NCBI RefSeq assembly: GCF_001194135.2
Contig: NC_068982.1
Span: 166,946,706 to 166,981,935 of the forward strand
Direction of reading: 5' to 3'
DNA length: 35,230 bases
Source of the DNA: Octopus bimaculoides
Taxonomy: Eukaryota
Part shown: positions 11,660 through 24,842 of the stretch, piece after piece
How the letters are laid out: the number at the start of each line of letters is the position of its first letter
Numbering within the stretch: position 1 is the stretch's first letter
Notes under the pieces: generated by a model
Databases searched by the model: none
What the model was told of the DNA's origin: nothing
What the model saw: the letters and a program-made list of their open reading frames with translations, nothing else
Made by a program: the position numbers and the translations under genes

Positions 11660-12139
11660 GTAAGGATAAATATTATGATTACTGACTATTAAGGAATGAA
11701 TGTATGCGTATGATTATGTGCTTGTCTGAATGTGTAGAATTGGATGGCATCTGCTGATGTACGAAAAAAAAATCAGAAATTAAATTCGTTTACTGAAAGA
11801 ACTCACTTCTGACGCCTCGTATCCAAAACTTTCTTTCCGGTCTAAAACATCAGAATTCACTTTCCCAATGACAAACGAACGTATATTATTTACCAATTTT
11901 ACAATATCTTACCAACTTGGCCATTTTAGTTCTGTTGCTTATGCCTATGTTACAACAAGGAAAAATCTAGGTAGTCATTCATTCTGATAAAAATAGCAAC
12001 CAAATTCTCTCAAATCATGAACTACCAGCTTAAAGGACTTATTGAAAAACACCGTCTCAGAATTTTTACTTGACAAAGATAGAATCACTCTCAGTGAGAG
12101 CCGACCTCAATAAATGACAATATGTACGTGTGTGTAAGC

Positions 12140-12187
<48 letters not shown>

Positions 12188-13583
12188 CTAACTTGGAAGT
12201 AGGTCATGGATCTCTGGTTCTCTCCCTACTGGTCGGTGGCTATATATATGTCTCTTCCTGATGTAGCTTACTTGCCTGGTGATAAGGTTATACAAAACAT
12301 GAAAGAGAGAAATGGAAGAATACAGAGGAGATAAACTATCTTGGTCTTGCCAACGTTATTTCTATCACATTAACCGCTAAAATCTCATGAATGCTTTGCA
12401 AGACATTATCATTTCAACAGCGGTTTTCATTTAAAAGTTTGTGTAGTTGCACTCGCTGTGAGGGTGTTCTGTGCAATTCTTTTATGGATTTGCTGTTTTC
12501 CCGAGAACATTACTTCAGCTGTTCTTCCTTCCACACACGCTGATATAAGGGTTGTTACTATGATAATAACCAGAGAAGGCTTGAATACTTGTATTGCAGA
12601 AGCAAGAATTCTGGAATGAATTTCTTATTGGTGGTTCAAAGATGATCTTATTTCAGTCTATTTCGTATCAATGACATCAAGCGACAGCTAAGATAGCTTA
12701 ACATTTACTCAACAACTCCTTAGTAACTCAGACGCAGCATGTCCATGTATTTAAAACGTTTGCTTCGTAACCATAAAAGCCGTTCCAAGTTCAGTCCCTC
12801 TGCATAGTATCCTGAACAAATGTTTTGCTGTTGTTTTTTACTATATTCTTGAAATTCAAAAGCCAGTTTGTCACACATAGTCACATTTTCCATTATAATT
12901 CATTTAAGGTACACCTGTCTACGAAATACTCAGACACTTACAGACTAATTCAATGAGTTAGCCGTTCCATTGGTTGAACTTTGTAACATTCATCGTTAGA
13001 ACCGACGGGAATCCATTTACTATTTTTTTTTACTCTGACACACATAGTGAAGGTAGAATAAGTCTTGTATTTTAACTGTTTTGTTCACTGATTTATTTTA
13101 CTGAACCAGCATTTAACCTTTGTTTTTTATTCATCGCCGAACAACTGCTAACTTTTCAAAATTAATTAACAATTTCACTAATATTTATAGTGATAAATGC
13201 AAACTTATACTCTGGGCACACAATATATTAGGTCTGACTCATAAGCTCACAAATGTTGACGAAATTCGAAGTAGGTGCTTACAATCTATCTATCTGAGAT
13301 TGTCCAAATAACTATGTCAGTTTTATTGTGTTAGTAATTGATTGAAGTTTTGACTGAAATTCTGTCAATATTCCTTTTTCTTGGAAATTCTGGCTACATA
13401 CATGAGTATACATATATCTATCTGTTTAATCCACTTGCTTACCTGTGTCTACTTGTGTATCTATATGTGTTTGGAGACATATATTTGTACATAGATGTAA
13501 ATAAAGGATCGAGTTAATGACGCTGCTCATCCGTGTAAAATTGATTACTATTAAGATATGTGGTATGTATGTATGTATGTATG

Positions 13584-13617
<34 letters not shown>

Positions 13618-13881
13618 TGTATATACAGCATCATGACGAGCTGGCAGAATTACACTACGGTGCTAGCCTAGTTCATGACTGCTTTATATGCAGCTGATCT
13701 ATGCTGTTGATGGAAGAAAGAAGGTCGGGTACATGCTGTCAACAAAGTGGAAATCTCCATCTGAAGATTCGACACTTTTCTTTACCGCACATCACTAATA
13801 TAGAAAGACTGTATTTATATTTAGTCCACAGTGAGGCTTAATAATATTTCAATTCTTCTGATTTTCATGCTGTTTTGAATA

Positions 13882-13884
<3 letters not shown>

Positions 13885-13960
<76 letters not shown>
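13885..13960. repeat. (GT)n microsatellite
   Basis: Visible directly. Confidence 0.95.
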
Positions 13961-13963
<3 letters not shown>

Positions 13964-14197
13964 CGTGTATGTGTGTGCACGTGCGTGTGGGTGTAAACAC
14001 GCGAGTGTTTCTGTAATTATAAAGTATCGTTAATAATTATGATTTATCCATGTTAAACATCCATTTCTCTGAAGAATTAACCTAAATGTCTAACATTGTT
14101 TTGCGCTTTTGTATTTTGATACTCGAAAAAGAATTTCCATACAAGATGTTTAATAATTTATTCATTATCTTAACATTTCCACCAACACTACGGACAG

Positions 14198-14354
14198 GTA
14201 AATTACTATGGTGGAAGTGAACTTGATAAACTCTTTGCCCGCATCCGTTGCCACGGAAACGAAAGTCATCTAGCAGACTGTCAGACGTTTGAGTATTACA
14301 ATCAAGTGAAATGTAGCACTAAGGAGTCTGTGGCATCTCTCATTTGCACAGACG
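14198..14354 (+). CDS. LOXL: LOXL exon B: C-terminal half of SRCR domain
   Basis: ggacag|GTA...GAC G|gtaggt. Translates VNYYGGSELDKLFARIRCHGNESHLADCQTFEYYNQVKCSTKESVASLICTD; C.G.E..L..C motif; NES sequon. Confidence 0.92.
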
Positions 14355-15519
14355 GTAGGTGAACTCTCCTTCCTTTTTTATAACTGTATCATCTTCTGTC
14401 TTGTACTTCCATTTTCTTCTTTTTGTTAATAATCAAAATGGAAGGAGCGGTATCCATGACATGTGCAGAGCCTCCTAGACTGGTAAGATTAATGTGGTTT
14501 ATTATGTTCAGTTTGAACATCAGTAGGTCGGTGTCTTCAGGAAAACCGTGGGTGGAGAAGGAATTTCAGAATGTTGGAATCTTGTGGGTAAGATGTATCT
14601 AAACACACATACTTAACTAATTCTATGAGTATATGCTGCACGAGGCTATGGCAGTACGCATGCACTTATCATCTCGTAAATGTGCGTGTGTAATGTTGTG
14701 TGTGTTCAGACTAATACATGTGTCATAACACCCATCACTATTACCAACAATACCAGCTATACCTTGTTACTAACGGGCGAGTGAGTGGAAAGAGCGGCTC
14801 TATGTGGCTGCCCGACCTACAAAAAATAGCAAAGGTTCTTCAAATATCGCCTTAACAACATCTTAAAACAGAAAGACACATTACAGAATATTGTTCTAAA
14901 TACCCCTAAATAAGACGAGATGGTCATGGCTGAAACGCTTGATCATAATTGCCTTGGAGTTAAACACTACTATTACTATCACTAACTCTAGCTCTCCCTC
15001 CTTTTTCTTTCTCCATCTTCTTCACACACTGTTCTAACCACCATTTCATCTCTTTTCTCTTCTCACTAGTCCACATGGCATTGAATTATTCCTTTGAATA
15101 AAGTGTTTTGATTTCATCGAATCATTGCTGTTTTATATTGCTTGTTACAACCAGGATAAACCAGTTTTGTCTCTCATGCTCCACTTAAGTAATTACCTGC
15201 TTAAGTCTACCACAATTTTGTTTTCATCAGTGATTTGCGATTGTTTTTGTTCTTTACCATACCATCTAGTACATATACTCCACATTTTTCTCCTGATAAC
15301 CAACAACTGATAGAGTCAACCATCTTTCCCCCATCACCTTTCGTAGCAAATTTAACGATCGAACGGAGGTGCCTCAATGTGGTGGTTTGATCTACTAAAA
15401 GGAGCAGCCAAACTTCCATCAAATTATTTCACCCACATAAAGGCTACATATCTCGCGCTAAGGCTGTAGCGACTCCTTGAATAGACTCTTAATATGCTCA
15501 GAGTCCAACCAACAACGAA

Positions 15520-15930
15520 CTATTAGTCCAATATCTGGGACGACGCTGTTGCTATACGCCCAGATAACTTAGGCTGCATTCAAAGAAAAGGCTCCAAGAT
15601 TGATATGAAGATGCTCACAAACATACTCGAGAGCACAGACGCACTGTCCATCCCCTCATTCTCTTTCTCTGTCTCTGTCTCTCTCTCCAGTAGTTTTCGT
15701 TCCTCAGAGCTGACTGTTTTACGCCATTTCCACTGAGGGGCACACTGACAAACTCGTTTCTCTCTAACTCCCGTTATCAGTACTGTGTCCACCACTACAA
15801 TCACCACATTAAACCACTTCTCACAGTACTTCCTTCCTGAAATGACATCCCTTTGAAATTCTTTCCTAGCCCTCGCTTTTACTACAGCTGAAATCTTGCA
15901 ATTGTTCAAGAGGAACATCAACCCTGTGAA
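15520..15930 (+). mobile_element. CR1/L2-type LINE ORF2 C-terminal remnant
   Basis: Reads SNIWDDA..CIQRK, then TRFSLTPV..LNHFSQYFLPEMTSL*NSF..ILQLFKRNIN, resembling the SFFPRT..LWNSLP..FK..IN ending of these LINEs. Confidence 0.5.
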
Positions 15931-16757
15931 TCTCATCAGTTACGGAGGATCTGTAAAGACCGTAGACACAACCCCTTCTTCGAACCCAAACTATTAACAA
16001 AAAAATCACAACTTGAATGAATCCTTCACTATAGATATTACAACCAACCAGTAGCGGCCTTTTCATCAGATTTCCTTCAATTACAACCCTGTAGAACCTA
16101 TTTCTTTCATATATCCTGACCAACATATATAATCTACCTAATTTCTTATTGCGGGCGGCATTGGGTGGTTGAGAGGAAGTTATGTCATTTATATATTGAC
16201 ACAGCTGTGTGTCATGATTTTCTTATGTTTACAGAAAAATTCTGATGGCTGTTGCCAAAATCTTTCAATATGTCTTTATTAATCGACCTATATATCTACC
16301 TATATGTCTTATTAGTTATCCATCTATCTATCAGTGCCGTATGGTGGTTGTTGTAATCAATGTGCTGCCATACCCAATGCCACCAAATTTCAAGCAGGGT
16401 TATAACAAAAGTTTTCCATTAAGATTTCTGATTAAATTAATGAGTAAGGTTAATATTTGTAATGAATTTGTCATTTTCGATGGGTGTGCAGCTCATACCT
16501 AGCACATCTGGAATATACGCCCCTGCTATTTATATTCTTTTCTTTCAATCTCATTATCGTTATTTTCCTCTAACTTCGCGTCTTTACAACTTTTAACTCA
16601 TTCTTTCTCTTTTTATCTTTTCTAAATTTCTCTTATTTTTTTCTCTCTCGCACTCTTCTAGTTTCTTTCCACTTCCACTTTCTCATTTTTTTCTCTATGT
16701 GTGTATGTGTGTATGTGTGGTGTATGTATAAGTATATATAAATGCACACACTTATGT

Positions 16758-16795
<38 letters not shown>

Positions 16796-16859
16796 ATATG
16801 TGCGTGTATGAATGCAGAAATCATATATATATATAGGTTCAAAAAAACAATAACAAAAA

Positions 16860-17160
16860 GACAACAAAGTGAGGACGTGATACGGATAGTGTTATTGGAC
16901 GCTCCGGGAAAGGAAAGAGAGAGTGTATGACGTTTCGGGCGTAGCCCTTCGTCGGAAAGATGGAAAGTTCGGAGAATGGAAAAACGGAGAAAGAGGAAAA
17001 TGGTACCGATGCCCACGAGGTTACATTGTGAAAAGACCGGAAGAGGAGGTGGTGGGGAAAAAGTTTTTTCTAAGACAGGAGAGTGAAAAAGGGAGATGAA
17101 TATCTGTGTGTGCGCGAGAGTCTGCGAGTGTGTGTGTGATAACAGAACGTGTGTGTGCAA
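16860..17160 (-). mobile_element. Penelope-type terminal repeat fragment
   Basis: Contains the hammerhead-like core at 16926-16959 (minus-strand ORF text SDEGLRPKR); lies immediately upstream of, and opposite to, a + strand Penelope body. Confidence 0.5.
16926..16959 (-). ncRNA. Minimal hammerhead-ribozyme-like core (variant CCGACGA)
   Basis: Minus strand: cttt CCGACGA a GGGC-tac-GCCC GAAA C GTC atac; stem II intact, ACGU stem III, stem I not paired. Confidence 0.5.
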
Positions 17161-17249
17161 ACAGTCTTACTGTAAAAATATAGCCCCTTGATATACAACA
17201 GGCGCTTCACCAACTAGAAATAAATAGTTACTTTCAGTTTCTGTTTTCT

Positions 17250-18420
17250 TTAAAGATTCGTCAAGAATCGCTTAACATCGCCTTCTATCTGTCGAAGTAA
17301 ATCCCGTCAAAAATTAATTAGTTGTAGCTGGTAAGACTGTAAGATACCAAAATTCTGAAACTAAAGAAACAACAAACTTATTGCAATGGAGCTTTATAGA
17401 TATTGAAAATAAATTCAACTCCAGGTTCACCCACTTCGATATTGTAGAATATTACCCATCCATTTCTAGGCCCCCCTTCTGAAAGCTAAATTTAAGAAAT
17501 CGTTCACTGCTGTAACTGACGTTAATATTATATAATCACGAACGCAAGGTAGTCGCTCTCAGTTTGTGACGGCTCCTTCAGGATAAGAAAAAAAGAGAAT
17601 AATCTCTTCAGTGCATCCAAGAGTCGCTACGATGGATCAAAAATATCGGGATTAATCGTATTATGTACTAAACGCTTAAAAAATAGAGTGCAGTCATCCT
17701 AGCATAGAACCATATGCAGATGACGTGCCAACAGTATCCCATTATTTGAACGGACATAATATGAGCAAATTTAGAAAAGTTTAGAAAAATTCAAGAATTT
17801 AAGCTAAAAATTACAAGAAAATCAAATAAACTTTCTAGACACTACCCTAAACCGAAACACTCTATCCCTACCGAAAACTAAATGAGGAAACAATACATAT
17901 CAATAGGGATTTTATTCACCCACCCACAATTATAAAACGTATTACATATATCATTTGTAAACATCAGATAAGAACATATTTAATAAAGACTTTTAGTTTT
18001 TGAAAGAGGTGGTTTCAAAGACAAACTGAAGTACTTAGAACATCCTATACAAAAAAATATCAAATTTAGAAATATGAATATAATTGGATAATAGCACTTC
18101 ATATAGTATCCACAAACATAGCAAGAAACTTCCTATCACTCATAAGTACATACTTCCCTGGTTTACTCAGATATCCCAAAATATTTAACAAAAATTCAAT
18201 AAAAATCAGCTGTAGTTGTTTAGATAACAGGCCCGCAAATTTCCAACTACAACCAAAAACTAGAAATGCAATTGTAGAAACGCATCAAATTGTCAAAGGT
18301 GCTACTGTTTAGATTTGGTGTGAAAGGAAAATAAATTATATTTGCATATACAAGGATGACAAAAACACCTTGGAAAGTCGATGTTAACCGCACAAATAAA
18401 TTTCGACAGTATGTGAAGAG
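17250..18420 (+). mobile_element. Penelope-like retroelement remnant in LOX intron
   Basis: FIDIENKFNSRFTHFDIVEYYPSIS; KKENNLFSASKSRYDGSKISGLI; INFLDTTLN; HPPTIIKRI; TNIARNFLSLISTYFP..PKIFNKNSIKISCSCLDN; heavily decayed. Confidence 0.8.
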
Positions 18421-18756
18421 TTATTCCTCCTTAAGTTTTGCATTCAAATCTCACTCAGACCAACTTTGCCTTTCTTCTATCTGTTGTTGATAAAATAATT
18501 ACTCTAGAATCGATATAATTGATTATACGTTTAAATTTGGTGTCCCAGTATGGCCATAGTCCAATGACTGAAACCAATAAAAGAACTCTCTTTCTTTTCT
18601 AACATGTACAAAAATATAAAGATATATTTTCACTGTAACTGTTTGTCAAAACATTTTTAACTCAACTACTACCCTACTAAGAATCTTTTGAACCCAGACA
18701 ACTTGCTTTCATTTCATTCACAGATTAAATGATTATTCCATTACATTCTTTTACAG

Positions 18757-18897
18757 AGCTTCCTGACTTAGTACCAGACGCTGAAGCACTTCGATTATCA
18801 ATGCGGCTTGAGGACAAGCCCCTTTACTATTTACAATGTGCTATGGAAGAGAATTGTCTTGCATCAGAAGCTTATGAAGTTAAGGAACATTCCAGAG
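18757..18897 (+). CDS. LOXL: LOXL exon C: start of lysyl oxidase catalytic domain
   Basis: ttttacag|AG CTT...AGA G|gtaatg. Translates (E)LPDLVPDAEALRLSMRLEDKPLYYLQCAMEENCLASEAYEVKEHSR; PDLV and L.CA.EENCLAS motifs of LOX. Confidence 0.96.
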
Positions 18898-19694
18898 GTA
18901 ATGAATTCTGATATAGTTTAAAGAAAGGAGGGTTGTTTGTTTTGCTTTGTTTTTGTTGCTTTTTATAGTAAAACGATTTGTGGTAGTTGCCTGGGTGGAT
19001 ATAGTATCAGACAAAACAATTGAGAGTTTGTCGGTTCGCGTAGCTTTCGTGGTTATATCGTAAAGTCGTATTTTCGACTCAACGCATTAAATACTTGGGC
19101 AAGGCACTTCATTTTACAGAGTTTCAACTCACACAGCTGAAAATGTGTTGCGTCAGTTGCCGAGTGGCGCCACACAGATTAATAATCAAAAATTTTGCAA
19201 ATGGTCACGACACAATGGATGTCACCGGATATCCTGTTGTGTTTGTAACCAAAACACTTTTAGCTTTCAAATGGTTCATACAGAATTGGAAACTAACTAT
19301 TGCATGCAGTGGCAACACTGTAAACTTGACAAGCGTCTCTTTGATTTGTCACACCAAATCGTATGCTTCATGCAATGAAAAAGCTACAAGCAATATAGCA
19401 TCATATCCGGGTGAATGGGAATATATATCTCATGAATGAATTAATTGATTAACTCATCAATCTGTGCTTTATCACTCACTAAGTCACCGGGACACATCTG
19501 ACGGCTTCGACTTTGTATAATGCTTCCATGAAGTATTCAGCAGAGTAGTCCACTCTACACTCCAATACTCCGTGTTGCCTTGAGAAAGAGACAGAGAGAG
19601 AAAGAAAGAGAGACAGAGAGATGGTTTCACGTCGACAACTGCACCACTTGGCAATATTGATGACTTGTCAGACATGCCGGCTTGAAGCAGTTAT

Positions 19695-19696
<2 letters not shown>

Positions 19697-19790
<94 letters not shown>

Positions 19791-19859
19791 AAGAAGAAGA
19801 AGAAGAAGAAGAAGAAGAAGAAGAAGAAGAAGAAGAAGAAGAAGAAGAAGAAGAAGAAG
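19697..19859. repeat. Compound (TAA)n(AAG)n microsatellite forming a SINE tail
   Basis: Visible directly; abuts the SINE 3' end. Confidence 0.95.
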
Positions 19860-20181
<322 letters not shown>

Positions 20182-20214
20182 AAATTCGTTTTATTGGCCA
20201 CAAGGGCTAATATC

Positions 20215-20921
20215 AATTAAAAACATATAAGGACAAAGACAGGACGAAGGTTACAAACGGTTTTGTCCGAAAAGGTAGGAAAGTTCGTCTAAACAGAGGA
20301 AGAAAACGGAGAAAGATATAAGTAAATAGATNNNNNNNNNNNNNNNNNNNNNNNNNNNNNNNNNNNNNNNNNNNNNNNNNNNNNNNNNNNNNNNNNNNNN
20401 NNNNNNNNNNNNNNNNNNNNNNNNNNNNNNNNNNNNNNNNNNNNNNNNNNNNNNNNNNNNNNNNNNNNNNNNNNNNNNNNNNNNNNNNNNNNNNNNNNNN
20501 NNNNNNNNNNNNNNNNNNNNNNNNNNNNNNNNNNNNNNNNNNNNNNNNNNNNNNNNNNNNNNNNNNNNNNNNNNNNNNNNNNNNNNNNNNNNNNNNNNNN
20601 NNNNNNNNNNNNNNNNNNNNNNNNNNNNNNNACTTCCCTCTCTACTCTCATCTTCCTTTTCAAGTGGAACTTCAAAAAGTTGATGAGGCCTTGGCCAAAG
20701 AGGAAAGTGTCTGTCTTTAGCTCTTTCAAACGGGTCTACCATATCATCTCTTTCGCTACAGCCACTAGGCATAGGAAAATTGCCTTGCCCTCCTGGTTAA
20801 AGGAGGTCGGCGGGTCAATTCTCACGATGGATTCAGCTGATAGCCGGATCCGTCCTACACGTGACAGTAGCTGTTCGATATAGACCCACAGGTCAGCAAT
20901 GCTCGGGCACTGGACGAGTGC
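20215..20921 (-). mobile_element. L1/Tx1-clade LINE 3' fragment, interrupted by a gap
   Basis: Minus strand ALVQCPSIADLWVYIEQLLSRVGRIRLSAESIVRIDPP..FLCLVAVAKEMIW*TRLKELK..LINFLKFHLKRKMRVERE: the H..CP..W zinc-knuckle end and AK..IW.TR motif of L1/Tx1 ORF2. Confidence 0.65.
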
Positions 20922-21486
20922 GAGCGGCTGGACGTGACAGCGGCTGGACGTGTTCTTCGCTGCTCTGACCTGTCAGTAGCTGAAGACACAGAAACACTAA
21001 TACAACCCAGCAGAACAACTGAAAAATAACGCTAAAAGACTGGAATGTCTACAGTTTCCTGTATTTTGAATTTCCCTCAAAATAAGTTAAGGAACTTACA
21101 TATCTACAGCTTTCGAACACATAAACAATCAGCTTTAAAACCTTTTTCCTGAATATTCGAGAATGTAAACATCCTTTTATTGTAAAACAAAACAAAATAA
21201 CACCAGTTTTCTCCGAACGGACATACAAACAAACACCTCAAAAAATTTAGAAACTTTAATATCGACAATTTTGTGTGAACACTTTGCCTTCCCTTCTTCC
21301 CTGACTAACAGAATATGTAAACATGCCTTTTATTGTAACAACACAATTAAATGCACGATAAAAAAAAAAAAAAATTAAAGAACTAAGCACCTGCCAAATA
21401 TATACATACTGCACAACTACAAAAACTGTAAACCACAGCAAAACTTTTAAAAAGAAAAGAAAAATTCCAAAAGAAAAAAAAAAAGA

Positions 21487-21621
21487 AATTCAGAAATTCA
21501 AAAATTCAGCGCCTCGTTGCAAAGAAAACAAAGATGGTAAAATACGACCAAAGAATGAAGGGTTACCACCAGAATAGGTTATTCAGAGTAGATCAGAAGA
21601 GATTCTATAAAGAAAGAAATG
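21487..21621 (+). repeat. 135-bp direct duplicate of 22229-22363
   Basis: Identical by eye; the first copy ends exactly at the gap starting at 21622. Confidence 0.9.
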
Positions 21622-22249
21622 NNNNNNNNNNNNNNNNNNNNNNNNNNNNNNNNNNNNNNNNNNNNNNNNNNNNNNNNNNNNNNNNNNNNNNNNNNNNNNN
21701 NNNNNNNNNNNNNNNNNNNNNNNNNNNNNNNNNNNNNNNNNNNNNNNNNNNNNNNNNNNNNNNNNNNNNNNNNNNNNNNNNNNNNNNNNNNNNNNNNNNN
21801 NNNNNNNNNNNNNNNNNNNNNNNNNNNNNNNNNNNNNNNNNNNNNNNNNNNNNNNNNNNNNNNNNNNNNNNNNNNNNNNNNNNNNNNNNNNNNNNNNNNN
21901 NNNNNNNNNNNNNNNNNNNNNNNNNNNNNNNNNNNNNNNNNNNNNNNNNNNNNNNNNNNNNNNNNNNNNNNNNNNNNNNNNNNNNNNNNNNNNNNNNNNN
22001 NNNNNNNNNNNNNNNNNNNNNNNNNNNNNNNNNNNNNNNNNNNNNTCTGCTGCCCTAACTACTAGGCGATTGCGCCTCCACTATTCGAAAATGTAAACAT
22101 CCTTTTAATTGCAAAAGTCCTACTGTATTCTCCAACTGGACAGACAAACGAACATCTCAAGAAAACTTAAAAGCTTTAATATATTACCCAAATACGTAAA
22201 CACACCTTTTATTGCAACAACTCAATTGAATTCAGAAATTCAAAAATTC

Positions 22250-22450
22250 AGCGCCTCGTTGCAAAGAAAACAAAGATGGTAAAATACGACCAAAGAATGA
22301 AGGGTTACCACCAGAATAGGTTATTCAGAGTAGATCAGAAGAGATTCTATAAAGAAAGAAATGAAGAGTGTACAGATGAAAAGTTGATACCAGATAACAT
22401 TGAAAGTAAAAGGTTTTGGAGTGACATCTGCAGCAAAGACAAGGAGCAAG
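22250..22450 (+). mobile_element. R4/Dong-like LINE fragment (region N-terminal to RT)
   Basis: KYDQRMKGYHQNRLFRVDQKRFYKE..IPDNIESKRFWSDI; also present at 21508-21621. Confidence 0.7.
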
Positions 22451-22815
22451 CTTGCTTTGGCACATTTTTCTAAGCCAAATTTCATATTTATTTCTTTGGT
22501 AAATCCATGTACTGTCTGTAGTAATGTTTCCAGCTGTTTATCAGTTGTAGTGTACAGTTTTAGGTCATCTATATATAAGAGGTGGCTGATTGTTTTGCCG
22601 TAACAGTTGTATCTGCATCTAATTCTGTTTAGCATATCAGATAAAGGTGTCAGTACCAAGCAGAAAAGGAGTGGAGAGAGCATGTCTCCTTGGAATATTC
22701 CTCTTCTAATGGGGATGGCTTTGGTTTTTATGAGTCCCTCTTTTGTTTGGAGCTGTAGCACTGTCTGCCATTTATTCATGGAATGTGTTATATATTTGTA
22801 ACGGTTGTTGATTGA
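22451..22815 (-). mobile_element. R4/Dong-like LINE reverse-transcriptase core fragment, open frame
   Basis: SMNKWQTVL..IPIRRGIFQGDMLSPLLFCLVLTPLS..ISHLLYIDDLKLY..INMKFGLEKCAK; no stops over ~120 aa. Confidence 0.9.
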
Positions 22816-23307
22816 ACGATGAAGATCATTTTTTATAAGAAAATATTTATTTATGCCGTTACATTCTATGTTGCCATACCACGACGGGTAGGCCAGTGTA
22901 ATAGTATATAAAACATGCAAGGTTGAGAATTTAAGCCTGTATCTGTATGTTCCTTTTTTTATAGCTGTAATTGTATAGAGGGAGAGATGGTAGGGTTATA
23001 ATGTGGGCGCCGTTGTCTGACAGTGGTTGACAGTAAAGTTATTTCTCCCTCTGCCAAGTTGTAGCTAATCAGCCAGGCATCATTCTCCATGAGACGTCAA
23101 GTGACCACTGGTCACTAGAAAGAGAAAAGAGGAAGTTTTCTTGGAGTGTCCTGTTTATATAGCCATGAAGCAGGGCAGTGAGTGCAAAGGATTTAGCTTG
23201 TTTACCTCAATTCTAGATGGAGCAGAAGAGGTCAGAAAAGGGTCAAGTGGGGGGTTTTGATGGTGGTTGTGATGATGATAATTATTTTAATAATGTTTTT
23301 CCAACAG

Positions 23308-23425
23308 ATTGGGTTGCAGCCACACGACGATTGCTTCGTTTCAGCAGTATTGTACATAACAGAGGCATTGCAGACTTTATCCCGAACACACCAAAAGATT
23401 CTTGGGAATGGCATGAATGTCATAT
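23308..23425 (+). CDS. LOXL: LOXL exon D: RLLRF motif and first part of Cu-binding His cluster
   Basis: ccaacag|AT TGG...CAT AT|gtaagc. Translates (D)WVAATRRLLRFSSIVHNRGIADFIPNTPKDSWEWHECH(M). Confidence 0.96.
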
Positions 23426-23955
23426 GTAAGCTCTCTTTCGTTCTTCTATGTATTTTGCATGATATTGACATTTAATTGCTTAGAACTCAACCTAAACCTT
23501 GTCGTTATGTAATATATCTAAAGTAGCTAAGTTTAGTCGATTCTATCTTTTTCTAAACTATATCCTAGAGAACATTTGACAGCAGCCAACTGCAAACCAA
23601 CGAAACTTTCGTTAATTATATAGTACTGCTCCCTTTAACAGAAATAGAATGAGTGTTGTTTCATTAGACAACCAGTATATAAGACAATTCTACATGGATA
23701 TTTCGTTGTTTGCATGTGGACAGTACACCTACTTTCCTATACATCGGTTTCAATTTGTCTATTGCGAATAGGTATTTTATCATTTGACAATGTCTCCTGT
23801 GAAAGATTCAAGTCTCATCCGCTTATTTTAGAAAACAAACTCGTGTAGGATAATACATCTCCACTGCTTAAAGCGGTGAGCTTTAGATACCTACGACACT
23901 TATTTGTATATGGGGTGACTAAGCCATTTGAAAGGCCTTAGTGATTAAATCACAG

Positions 23956-24060
23956 GGCACTGTCATGGTATTAGCTGTCAGAAGTGAAAGTAGAACTGAC
24001 AAGGAACGTTACTGCTGGTTTGAGTTGATTCTTTGGCTACTGACTAGCCGGAGCTATCTA

Positions 24061-24095
<35 letters not shown>

Positions 24096-24104
24096 CACTA
24101 TCTA

Positions 24105-24144
<40 letters not shown>

Positions 24145-24680
24145 ACTCGTTCACCTCTGTTTGTGTCCGTAGAATTTATCAAATTAGAAAACGCAAATTT
24201 AATATAAAAATATATTTTCTGAAATTGCAAATTATTTAAAATATAANNNNNNNNNNNNNNNNNNNNNNNNNNNNNNNNNNNNNNNNNNNNNNNNNNNNNN
24301 NNNNNNNNNNNNNNNNNNNNNNNNNNNNNNNNNNNNNNNNNNNNNNNNNNNNNNNNNNNNNNNNNNNNNNNNNNNNNNNNNNNNNNNNNNNNNNNNNNNN
24401 NNNNNNNNNNNNNNNNNNNNNNNNNNNNNNNNNNNNNNNNNNNNNNNNNNNNNNNNNNNNNNNNNNNNNNNNNNNNNNNNNNNNNNNNNNNNNNNNNNNN
24501 NNNNNNNNNNNNNNNNNNNNNNNNNNNNNNNNNNNNNNNNNNNNNNNNNNNNNNNNNNNNNNNNNNNNNNNNNNNNNNNNNNNNNNNNNNNNNNNNNNNN
24601 NNNNNNNNNNNNNNNNNNNNNNNNNNNNNNNNNNNNNNNNNNNNNNNNNNNNNNNNNNNNNNNNNNNNNNNNNNNNNNNN

Positions 24681-24722
<42 letters not shown>

Positions 24723-24842
24723 CTCGCTTCGGCCAGTCATGGTATTAGCTGTCAGTAGCCAAAGAATCAACTCAAACCAGCAGTAACGTTCCTTGTCAGA
24801 TTTTCTACTTTCACTTCTGACAGCTAATACCATGACAGTGCC
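23956..24842. mobile_element. Young non-autonomous long-TIR DNA transposon with 8-bp TSD (Mutator/hAT/fold-back-like)
   Basis: TSD AATCACAG at 23948-23955 and 24843-24850. Arms 23956-24044 and 24751-24842 are reverse complements differing only by a 3-nt indel. The interior holds microsatellites and a gap. Confidence 0.9.

Noticed and set aside
15580-16126. Minus-strand ORFs of 118 and 86 aa
   Set aside because: Antisense to a CR1/L2 remnant, plus a possible RTE tail; no coherent protein.
16633-17160. 175-aa minus-strand ORF
   Set aside because: Made of a Penelope terminal repeat and microsatellites.
23100-23116. AGTGACCA-C-TGGTCACT 8-bp hairpin
   Set aside because: Short enough to be plausible by chance in 35 kb, with no supporting context.
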